A DNA stretch of 62,256 bases, filler included, from Sphacelaria rigidula (Eukaryota): the NCBI GenBank assembly GCA_964200075.2. It is 10 parts of 10 records of this genome, joined end to end, with 100 filler letters (N's around TTAATTAATTAA, not from the genome) between each part and the next. Parts side by side here need not be neighbours in the genome. Positions count along the whole stretch, not along the records: positions 6,238 to 12,373 come from CAXNAA020021999.1; positions 12,474 to 18,609 come from CAXNAA020022000.1; positions 18,710 to 24,845 come from CAXNAA020022001.1; 7 more parts are not named here. One strand, 5' to 3'. Under the pieces are notes generated by a model. The model was not told the origin of the DNA, ran no database searches, and worked only from the letters and a program-made list of their open reading frames with translations. Below are positions 12,321 to 22,204 of this stretch, one piece after another; the stretch's first letter is position 1, and every line of letters starts with the position of its first letter. A program made the translations under genes and the position numbers.

Positions 12321-14279
12321 AGCGTGTTGCTGACTCGCAAATAAGCCATATGTACTGAAATAAGGTGTTTTCCNNNNNNNNNNNNNNNNNNNNNNNNNNN
12401 NNNNNNNNNNNNNNNNNTTAATTAATTAANNNNNNNNNNNNNNNNNNNNNNNNNNNNNNNNNNNNNNNNNNNNAAAGCACGGCTTTTGAGTTGAACCTCA
12501 TTTTTTTTTCAACCCATTTTCGAAAATCGGCTGTTTGAAACTGATGTAGATTCTCACAAAGAGACCATCGTTCGCTGTCAAAGGGCGACACTCCGGGCTT
12601 AGTGGAGGTCCGGTCCCGACAAATTTGATGATACCCCCACCCCGCGTACACCGTGGAAAACTCTGATTAATATCGGAGCATTTTTCGCGACGTCAAATTT
12701 TGAGAAGAACAAACACATTCAAAATTTGATGCCACATCATCACAAAAAATGCAAATGGGGGCACTAGCTTCGCATCTTCAACGTAGCGGATTCCTCAGCT
12801 GGAAGGCTGCGCATAACCGGCCTCAACTAGCCGTTACAACCATGTGCTCAGCTTGTCTTCACTCAAGTGCCGTTTACGAGCTCATGATCACATGAGATAT
12901 AATTTGTACTTTGGCTGGTCATGCTCCACACCTGGATCAGACCAGAAATATAATACCGTACACACAGTTGACCAAGAAACCACGGGGTCGGGTTCCGTCG
13001 CGGGTGGCAGATTTCGCACGGCGTATGGGTATGAGTACTTGCGGTGTGCATTCCACACCGTGGACAATACATGGCCAATAGTTGCCATAGGCCTATACTT
13101 CACGTGGTACATTTTTGTGTGTGTTGGAACTGTTGACCACATTTTGTCTAGATTGTAGCGCATTCCGACAAGACGCACCAGTTGGTCGATACCAAACCGC
13201 CACGGCCGAGCGTATGTTCCGTTCGCCTAACCGTTCGCCTTTTCTTCAACTATCGACAGGGTCTGGAACCTCTCCCTCGAGAGAGAGCGTCGCAAAAAAA
13301 AGAGGACCACCACCAGCAACAATATGAACACGCATAAGAAATATCCCAGCCCACCAATCAGCGGTCCGTCCGCAGTCTCACGTATGTTTAGTCAGTTGGG
13401 AAATCGTGCCTGTTTCTGTAGATGACAAGACACGACCTGAATCGATCGGTGGAGGACGTGAGGGGGTTTTGTCTTTTCTGCTGGGTGAAGGAGACACGAA
13501 GACACGAAGCTGGGAAACGAGCAGCTTCACGGATTTTATGCGCACGAGGGTCGTCGATTCTGATGCGTACACAACACGAATACGACGAGAGCACGGGGAA
13601 CATAAAAAAAATAAACAGAAAAGGGACTGCTTTCTGTACAGCGTCAACAGTACAAGTCGTCCGTTCCCAATTCTTCCAAAAATACAAGTAATGTATATAA
13701 ATCTGCATATCTTTTTTGCTCATTTTCATTTTCAGTAAAGTGAAAGTATGAGCACAATCCCCATCCGCACACCAACGTTACAATCCTTCTATGCCCCCCC
13801 ATCCCCCCCCTCGCCCGCCCCCTCCTCACGCACATTCGTATCTCACAGGACTTTATCTCAACATCCACTTCCCGTTCCTCACCCCCCTGCCCTCCTCACA
13901 CCACATGCACGAACAGCTGGGCGCCTCCCGTTGCCTGACGCCTCCAACGTAACCGTCACGGACAGTGAGCGAACACGTTAAAAAAACAACCACATGATAA
14001 TTTAATAGTTGCCCTACAAATCGAAAACCAGGGTCTCCACGTATCAGGGAAACCGACGCACAGCACATGTGTTACAAAACGCCTGGGAGCTCAAAAAAGG
14101 AAAATATGTAAATATCATAAAAAACGCGAATTTGACAACTCGCAAATGTAAAACAAGAACAACATATTTGCTTGGCACAAGTCACCCAGTATCGCACGAT
14201 CGGGAGGGGAGAAGAGGCGAGGGTAGGGGGGGAGGGGGGGGCGCGCTATCCCGTGGGGTGGGGCGACGGTACTATACTA

Positions 14280-16075
14280 ATGGGCAATGAACTCCCCCAG
14301 GAACAAAAAAAAATGCAAACAGGAAACGTGAAACCCCAAGAGTGGACGACACAACCATCCACTACTTTCACTTTGCTTTTCTTCATTGTAGCGCTGTTTT
14401 TCTCTAGTCGGTACTTTCTGAAAGCAACAACCAAAAAATCTACGTCATATCCCAACAGCCGAAGCATCCTATTCATGTTCATGTAAGACGGAATCGAATG
14501 TTCGGCAAACACTGTAGAACTGCGCCAGTTCCTCGCGAGAGACACCACGCATGCAGCGAGGGAGGGCAGGGGGGGGGTGCACAACACGTACAGCTGTGAA
14601 GTCAACTCCCTTCCCCAAGAAAGACCGGCTTGGACGCTTCCTGGTGCATTTCATTGCTTTTGTACCTACTCCTCATCCTCGAGAGACGACAAAAAAACGG
14701 GAGGGGGCGAAATACCCAACCTAAATAACACGACATTGTGCCGTGTAACGGGCGCGTGACGTAGTAAACACGCTCTCGCCGTGACTGCACAAATGTCGAG
14801 TGGCGCGCATCACACACAAAAATCACCCTCGCATCAATAATGTACAGGATACCGCTGACCCCGCTACACTCGCAGTTTCCTCGACAACACAAAAGACTGA
14901 CGGTTTTTGCGGCGGGTACTTCCCATTAATAGTAAAAAATGGGCAGAAAAAACAAATTTTGATAGTCCAAGGCACCCCCAAAAACCACATTCAGTACGGT
15001 AGGTGTTGGGATATATATCGCAGGTTTCGGTAAATAAACCCTCTCAAATGACCAGGGATATCCTTCACCGCCGTCGGAGTAAAAATTCATAACGAAGCCA
15101 ATGGTTTTGATGACGCGTGCGTTAACCATCGAGAGAGGCGTACATACAACCAACAGAAAGAAAACACAGACGCACGAGCATCCACGACACAACGGGGCAG
15201 CACTACCAAGGGCCTCCGAAACCGCTCTTTTTTTCTCAAGAAGGACCAATACCTGTACATGCGAACTACCAAACTCTTGGGGCCGATTTGGATTCCCTGA
15301 CAACAAACACGAACCTTATACAGCTCTGCCAGTCCGCCAAAGGAGGTCCCTAGAGGGCGCGATTCGTCCGAACGAATATTTACTCCCCACGGAACAGTAG
15401 CCCATTTCCCCCTTCACACCAGATTCGGTTCTCTACGAGACGTTTCAATACATCTCAATCGGATCCGGAGCATCGCCTCTCTCTCTCCCGGCCACCGCCC
15501 CTTCTCCTGTCGGGCTCCTCCGCACAGCTGGTGTCCTTCGCGAGGGCAAACTCCACGAGAGATCGACCCACCAGATAATGAAAACGTGCCACGACAACAG
15601 CAGATCTCAGTCGCCAATGACTCCACCAACTCCTGCCTAAAGGAAGCCCCCGCGAGCATCCACCTCTTACACAAGGAAAGCGCCCGCGTACCCCGTCCTG
15701 TCTTCACTCCAATGTACAGTTTCCCAAGTTTCCTTGGTTGATTCCTCGGCCACGCCCTCCAATATCCCTGTCAGGAAATGTTTTCTCCCCCAAACGTTCT
15801 CCCGCACCGCACGAGCAAGCTAGCGGGACTACTTATTTCTGCTGTCCTGCCCCCCCCTCCCCCCCTCCCCTCTTCCTCCTCCGATAATAAACGCGGACCG
15901 CTCAAGCAAGGAAGAGACATACATGATATCTTGTTACCTAGAGAGACACATTTTTTTTTGTTTTACCCGCCGCCACCGGATTTGCCTTGATCCTTCTTGC
16001 CTGTGAGAAATCAACAACTGCAGTTATTCTGAGGACAAGATCCCTGCTCGCACATCTTCCGCTTGTAATATCCCA
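14280..16075 (+). pseudogene. Decayed intronless RNA polymerase second-largest subunit (RPB2/RNAP beta-like), N-terminal portion only, probably viral
   Basis: Motifs are collinear with RPB2 as recalled from the eukaryotic consensus. NTYSCEV at 14583 (cf. LTYSAPL). GEIPNLNNTTLC at 14706 (GKIPIMLRSTYC). GGYFPLIVKNGQKKQILIVQ at 14911 (GGYFIINGSEKVLIAQ). PIPVHANYQTLG at 15246 (VPIIIVFRALG). LLHKE...SFLG...KLAGLLI...LKQGRD at 15664-15918 (VLQKE...YFLG...DLAGPLL...IDRGKD, with near-identical spacing). AATG at 15969 and LLAHL at 16044 (LATG...TLSHL). At least four frameshifts and several stops are needed. The start is approximate. Confidence 0.6.
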
Positions 16076-16680
16076 CCCTGTGACCCTTGCTCACGTGATC
16101 CGGTGGCTCCGCCGCAAACTCCTCCGCCGACATGCAAATCACAAGACCCTCCGAAGTGGTATACATCACTCGGCGGAAACGCCACAAGTGCTTGGTCAGA
16201 AACATCCAACACCTACGGCATGGCTTGCTGATCCGAAGGGAGTCGAACGTAAACCGAATGTTGATCAAATCATATCCGTTCTCGTGCTGCTGTCGTCTAT
16301 GCTTCCCTCCAACCCGCACCCCTGCCTTGAGCATGTTGAACAGAGACCTCAGGGCATTGACCTCGGAATGTACGCTCGCTGCGGGGCCACGGCATAGACT
16401 GTTGAAGCCCCAAGCAATCACTTCCCCCCCCCGCACTATCAACGTGAGATGATTGTAACCTGCGCCGCGCCGGCTGACCTTATTCTTTGGGGCATAGTTT
16501 TTCCCCTCTTTCGCCCTGTCCCGCCCCCACCCGTCGGAGAGCTATAGCCTGGGCCTCACCGAATAGCTTGGGGTTGCCGGTAATGCCCAGGGATTCGAAG
16601 AGCCTCGGGAGTACGAAGTCCGAGCGGAGGGTTCGTGCAGATCCCATCTCTCCAGTAAGGTGAGGTGCGCGTGGGCTCAT
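16011..16680 (-). pseudogene. Cytidine/dCMP-deaminase-like Zn-dependent deaminase of giant-virus type, with one frameshift
   Basis: YNHLTLIVRGGEVIAWGFN...SVHSEVNAL (HxE, 16370-16362)...DLINIRF...ISKPCRRC (PCxxC, 16223-16209)...RRVMYTTSEG...DHVSKGHR. The ATG at 16680 (MSPRAPH...FGEAQAIAL) is in another frame. The span of 670 nt is 3n+1, placing a shift near the G-rich tract at about 16535-16500. No intron. Confidence 0.8.
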
Positions 16681-18965
16681 CTTGCGTGACTGTTGTTATG
16701 AGAAATTGAGGAAAACTGACGGAGTGAGTGTACTGGTTCAATCGCTGCGGAGCGTTATTGCTGATACCGTAGTAGTAGTTGTAGTAGCTGTTGATGCTGG
16801 TGGTGGTAGTGGTGGAGATATGGCGGTGTGGTGATGTCAGTGGTGGGGGTTGTGATTGTAGTTGTTCCGCGGAAAAGTGGAGAGGTCCTAGTGGTGTGAG
16901 TAAGCAAGTCCTGTGCAGAATAGTACCTTGCACCCTGACCAAAGCGGAGCAGAGTGCACCTTGGAAAATGACATTTGTTTTCGTGCCACTGGAAGCCTCG
17001 TGAAATGGATAATGTCGATATATGAGAGGCTATATCCGAAACGCTGATGAATGAAATTGCCGAAACACCCGAAGATACCACGACGCAAAGATTCACACTT
17101 GTACGTTGCATAGGTAGCGGATATGTATTCACACAATGGGTAATAATAAGGTATAGGGTCGAAACATGCACTGACCCTGCGAAGTGGCGATCCCATTGGT
17201 GGCTCGGCGTGTCACTAGCAGCGCTATCAATACGTCGTCAGTGCGGTGTAATGGGAAGAAACAAACTGTACCTTACCACAGACAAGACGACATGATGGGG
17301 TCGGCGGTCGAGAGCGCGGTGCGGGTGCGCGGCGAGCTGGGACGGGACAAGTATACTGTACGCAGCATTTATCCCGAGGACCAGCAGAATCTAGCGTGTG
17401 AGTCAAGGATGGCCTCGTATTTTTACTGCTGTGTAGATGGACTGCCGCTTGGGTACAGTCCAGTAGGTCGATCGGCAGCCGGAAGGAGTGCGTTTCGCGG
17501 AGGTCGGGCGGTGCATACCGGTGGCATGTACCACAGCGCCGTCGTCAATGCCGGCATACTCATTACTAGTGAGCCGTGCATCGTCAAGTATACTGCTGCT
17601 ACACTACTTCTGTGCTGCAATGGCCACGCTTGGAGAAATGGTGCTCTTGGTACAACAGCCGAAGTGCAAAATACACTCACCCACTTGATTCAAGACGGGG
17701 AATACTGTTCCGAAATCAAACATGTACTGTTCAGTTGGATCATCCCCGCTTACACCCACCACATCTGTTCTAAACCAAGATTCTGACCAACTTCTCATCC
17801 CAAAGTTTGGCTCTGTGCACTAAAAAGTGGCTAATCTTGCTGACACTTGAAGGATTCTACAGCGAGTGTATGTCAGCGCCTCTCTTCAACACCATATACA
17901 GGCTGGGCCGCCTGAGAAGCTCACTTTCCCTCAGCCCGTTCTAACTGACGATGTGTCGCGAGTTGTGCCTACTATTAATATGTGACACATTGTAGTAATC
18001 GGCATATCAACGCGCGTCTTCAAATCCATCTAGCACGGCGACCCGACAAGGTTTCATCAAACGAAATATCAAACTGTAGTCAAGTGCGAAGTGTAGAGAG
18101 TTGAGGGTACTATGTGCGGCGGCCTTAGCCCCAATAAACGGCTGAAATTGGATTTTCGGTTACAGTCGGTTGTGCCGCGTGGCGCCGCACAAGCTGCGAC
18201 TTTACAACAACACATGTCGCACTAGGCGCGCAGTATCTAAGATAGCACGTGGACGAGGCCCCCAGCGTGCAAAGGCGTCTGGTAGTAGTGTGCGAACCAA
18301 CGAGCAGTTTGTGAAGGCCTGAGCCGAAAGTAGAGGACAGGTCTATTTCGAGAGAATGACGCGATGAAATTTTGACACGATGTACAGGACATGTGTGCCA
18401 ATACCCCCTCTTTTCTCCCGTGATTTTTTTCTTCGTGAGTTATTGGCGACGGAACATTTCAGAACATTTTTCGGAACAAAATTGCCAATAACCCACGAGA
18501 AAAGAAAAGAACGGGCAGGGGGGGGGGGGGGGGGGGTTGAGAGAGAAGGGGTCTTCCCCCATACCCCCTGTACCTTGGGTGAGGGTTTTATAGATCGGAA
18601 AGGCACAAGNNNNNNNNNNNNNNNNNNNNNNNNNNNNNNNNNNNNNNNNNNNNTTAATTAATTAANNNNNNNNNNNNNNNNNNNNNNNNNNNNNNNNNNN
18701 NNNNNNNNNGTATAGCCATCGTTTTCTCCCTACCGTCTAGTGCATCAAACGATTTCATGCCACCTTTTGAAGGGGGGGCGGGGGGGGGGGGAAGTTAGTG
18801 ATTTGGACTAGAGCGGGAGACACATATTTACCAACATGTTCACGAAACAAACGTTTAAAGTGTTGTCGCAAACGTTCTGCCAGCTCCTTTTGCGCCGTGT
18901 TCTTTGTGCAGTCATTGTGCACGGTCTCACGCTAGATAGTTAGGTCCATGGTTTTCCAGTAGATA

Positions 18966-19460
18966 GGCCACTTCCCATGTGTTGAGACAAAGTGTTCGTG
19001 TTATTGAGAACTGCCTTTTCTGCGTCTTTTAACGCCTAAGAGAGGGTTCGGCGGATGCTGACGCCTTTGAATGGCTCGCTCTACTGTACTCTTTGACACC
19101 GTTCCAGTTCCAGGATGATATCTGTGCATTTTTCTCCGATGGCTGCAGTCTTCTTCGACCGAAGAAGCATGTTCAACAACGAACGCTCAAGTTATCGGAA
19201 ACACAGCAACAAAACTGGCAGCGTCTTTATAGATTGCCCGTTTGTTACTGAAATTTAAATGCAAGTTCCGCCACATTATACTGCGGCCACCGGAAAACGC
19301 AAACCTGTCCTGGAATGGAACGGTCTCAAGGGGTAGAGCAAGTCATTCCAAGGTGACAACGCCCGCCTAGCCCTCTTTGAAGAGCGTAAAACGACGCAGA
19401 AGGACCAAAAAGGCAGTTTTCGACAAGTTTTTTATGTTCGACACAGAGGACGTACCGGCC
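18966..19460. mobile_element. Diverged copy of the PIF/Harbinger-like foldback MITE
   Basis: Inverted arms are similar to 21309-21793 (GGCCACCGGAAAA...TAGAGCAAGTCATTCCAAGGTG...CGCCTAG), with GGCC at both ends. Partial copies lie at about 10555-10650 and 61940-62256. Confidence 0.6.
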
Positions 19461-20160
19461 TTACCGAACAGAATCATATTTCACCATCTTGCTTCCAACA
19501 CACCAAGATTGATTGTGGAAATTAGAGTGAAAGCAAGAGGATGACGAGACAAGAGAGGAGAGGAAAGCAAGTTGAGTTTTCCTCCTTCACGTGAGCAGAA
19601 CGAAACAATCAACTGTCGCTAGTCTACACGGCTGACCCTTTAGGACCACAGCCCGACCAAGACGAAAAAAGTAAATGATGCCCTTTCAGGACAAACTCGA
19701 CAGACTTCGCTCCACGGTCGAGCAACAGCTACACATACATGACAACGCCGGTTTCGTGCGGCCTTCATAATAATTTGTTTGGGCACCATCTCAACGAAGG
19801 ACTGGGCTCTTATCGCGGACAATGCACATGTCCACGAACAACAAGACCGATCGATGAAAATCGCGATTCGATCTGGTGGCAATGTCCACCCATCAGACCT
19901 TAACAGATGGGAAAAAAATATACCTTGGACGACATGCTAGTCGTCGCACGGCATGCCAACACTTGAGGGGGAAATGCCGTGAGTACTTCGTGGCTCTCCC
20001 TTTTGGACAGGATCGACGACCCAGAGTGAGCAGCGCAAGACTTTTGCCGTTCAAGAGCACAACAACCAGGGCATCTACAATACATTATCCGAGTGATTCA
20101 ACGATAGGGGTGCACAAAATACTTCGGATAGGTGTGCTGGATATGGATATTTGTCCATAA

Positions 20161-20378
20161 TAGAGAGTTTCGGGAAACGTTTTTTTTCTTGTCATGCAAG
20201 GGTGCAAATATCTCGGGATCAGAGTGCAGAATAAAAACAAACATCTCATCGAAAAAAAGTTGAGAGGATATCACATTCATTTGACTATGGGGGTGAAATA
20301 ACTTTTCGTTACACTCTGATTGGCCTTGAGATATTTGCATTTTGAAATGACCAATAAAGCGTTTTCCGAAACTCTCTA
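20161..20378. mobile_element. 218-bp TIR element (TAGAG...CTCTA ends, hAT-like)
   Basis: TAGAGAGTTTCGGGAAACG pairs with CGTTTTCCGAAACTCTCTA. No clear TSD. Confidence 0.55.
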
Positions 20379-21308
20379 ATGAAAATACACTGGAATACGA
20401 AACCCAAGTCGCGCTGAATGTGAGACAATCCTCCCGCTCTCGCAGGCATACATTGAAAATCATGAGATTTGCCATCGTTTTAGTGACACAACGTACAGTA
20501 TAAGTGCACCTTAGACAAGATTGCGCCAAACAAGTGCACCCCAATACCAAAAAACCAGTAATCCAATCCTGCGCCGACGAGAGAGAGCGATATGAGATAG
20601 TATTTATAGTTTGCTCCTCGCATGTTAAAATATAGGGCAGGTTCAAAGGCACCACAAGACGGGACGATTCCAACCTCTGCCCCGTGGGTGTATCGTTGAC
20701 CACAGGGTGGAAACACTAGTCACTTTGCTCGACAGACTCAACACTCCCTTTTACGATGGAAGGAACTATATATAAACACACTATACATATGTACGACTAC
20801 TATTATAGGGACAACAGTCGAGTGATTCTACGGCAGAGGGGAGAGCTTTTTTGTCCAAACCTTTTCCAAAGCTGCACACTAAGGTCCAGGTAGATGTTTA
20901 TCATGGAGAGGCTCCTGAAGTGCGGAGTCTCGAAAACAGATGGTGTACCCCTCCCGTAGAACCGTTCGGTCAATATTTTCTTTGATTGTCGCAAACTCAA
21001 GTGGTTGATATCAATCCCCGAGGAACATAGCCGTCGTGGTCATGGCATAACCGTGTTTTCAAGGTGAACGATACGGAAAGACTTTCCATGATAGAGGGAC
21101 CTCGAGGAACGGGATAGATTTAAAAAAAAAAGAGAGATTAGGCAATTCAAATGAGGGTAGACAAAAGAAAAAGAGAACCTTCACGTCAGAAAATGAGCGA
21201 AGAGTAAAGATATGAAAATGCGACAAACGCCAAGATATGCGGTCTGTTACCGGTCTCGATAAAAGCAGAAGGCAGAGATATCTGAACATACCGCAGGGCT
21301 TCCGGTAA

Positions 21309-21793
21309 GGCCGGTCCTTATAACAGACGAGAATACAACTCTCTGGAAAAAAGTGCCTTTTTGGAGCTTTTTCGTCGTTTTACGCTCCAACAGAGAGCTA
21401 GGCGCAGTTCGACACGTTGGAATGACTTGTCTCACTAGTTGAGGCGGTTCCAGGACATCTTCCCGCTTTCCGGTGGCCGCAGTTCTTATTTTGGCCAAAC
21501 AAGACCTTTTGTCCAAGAACGGTGAAAAAACTGTCAAGTCCAGAGCAAACTGGCGATTTTTTTCTAGATTTGACCGTTTTTTACGGTCGTTGGAGAAAAA
21601 TTCTTGTTTGGCCGAAATAAAAACTGCGGCCACCGGAAAACCGGAAGATGTCCTGTAACCGCCTCAACCAGTAGAGCAAGTCATCCCAAGGTGTCAAACT
21701 CCGCCTAGCTCTCTTTTAGGGCGTAAAACAACGTAAGCGCCCTGAAAAGGCACTTTTCCAGATATTTATTATTGTCCGTTATAAGGAGCGGCG
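21309..21793. mobile_element. PIF/Harbinger (Tourist-like) foldback MITE
   Basis: Ends GGCCGGTCCTTATAAC and GTTATAAGGAGCGGCG match at 14/16. TAA is duplicated at 21306-21308 and 21794-21796. Almost the whole 485 bp is an imperfect palindrome. Confidence 0.8.
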
Positions 21794-22204
21794 TAAGGAG
21801 GCCGTAAAGAAAGAAACAACACAACAACACAAAACGGAACGAACCAAACCATGGAAGTACTGTAGATTGCGGTCCAGCTACTATACTCGGGAATTACCCT
21901 AACTATAGTCAGGCTTTTCAAGTCCCCCTCACCGACACTAACAAATATACATTTTAGTGACACGATTCACCAAGCAGAGAGGCCCATCAAGCCAACTTTT
22001 ACAGTACACAAAATCGACCAGAACTGCTTGCTTGACAAAAAGCGTGCCTCAAATGGATCTCGTGTCTGAACCCTCCAAATCAAACTTCATCGCGGAAAAT
22101 GAAGGAACCACAGCAACACTGTCGACGTAAAAATAAGCAAACTGCAGCAAAACGAAGCACACATAACAAACCCAATCCTTGCCGATGTTTCAATTCGGTT
22201 TCAC

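Noticed and set aside
14246..14605. Minus-strand ORF with a faint resemblance to viral late transcription factor VLTF3 (SYMNMNRMLRLLGYD)
   Set aside because: Only one weak motif, and the opposite strand carries the collinear RPB2 motifs.
15270..15300. GADLDSL as a possible NADFDGD (RPB1 catalytic motif) relic
   Set aside because: It lacks the invariant residues, and the context fits the RPB2 RALG region better.
16516..16559. Possible short intron explaining the deaminase frameshift (G|GTGAGG...GACAG)
   Set aside because: Phases do not restore the frame, and there is no pyrimidine tract.
16701..16710. GAAATTGA resembling the mimivirus early promoter AAAATTGA
   Set aside because: Imperfect match and on the wrong strand for the deaminase.
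17184..17786. 200-aa ORF beside the deaminase
   Set aside because: No recognisable motif or coding character, so it cannot be supported as a gene.
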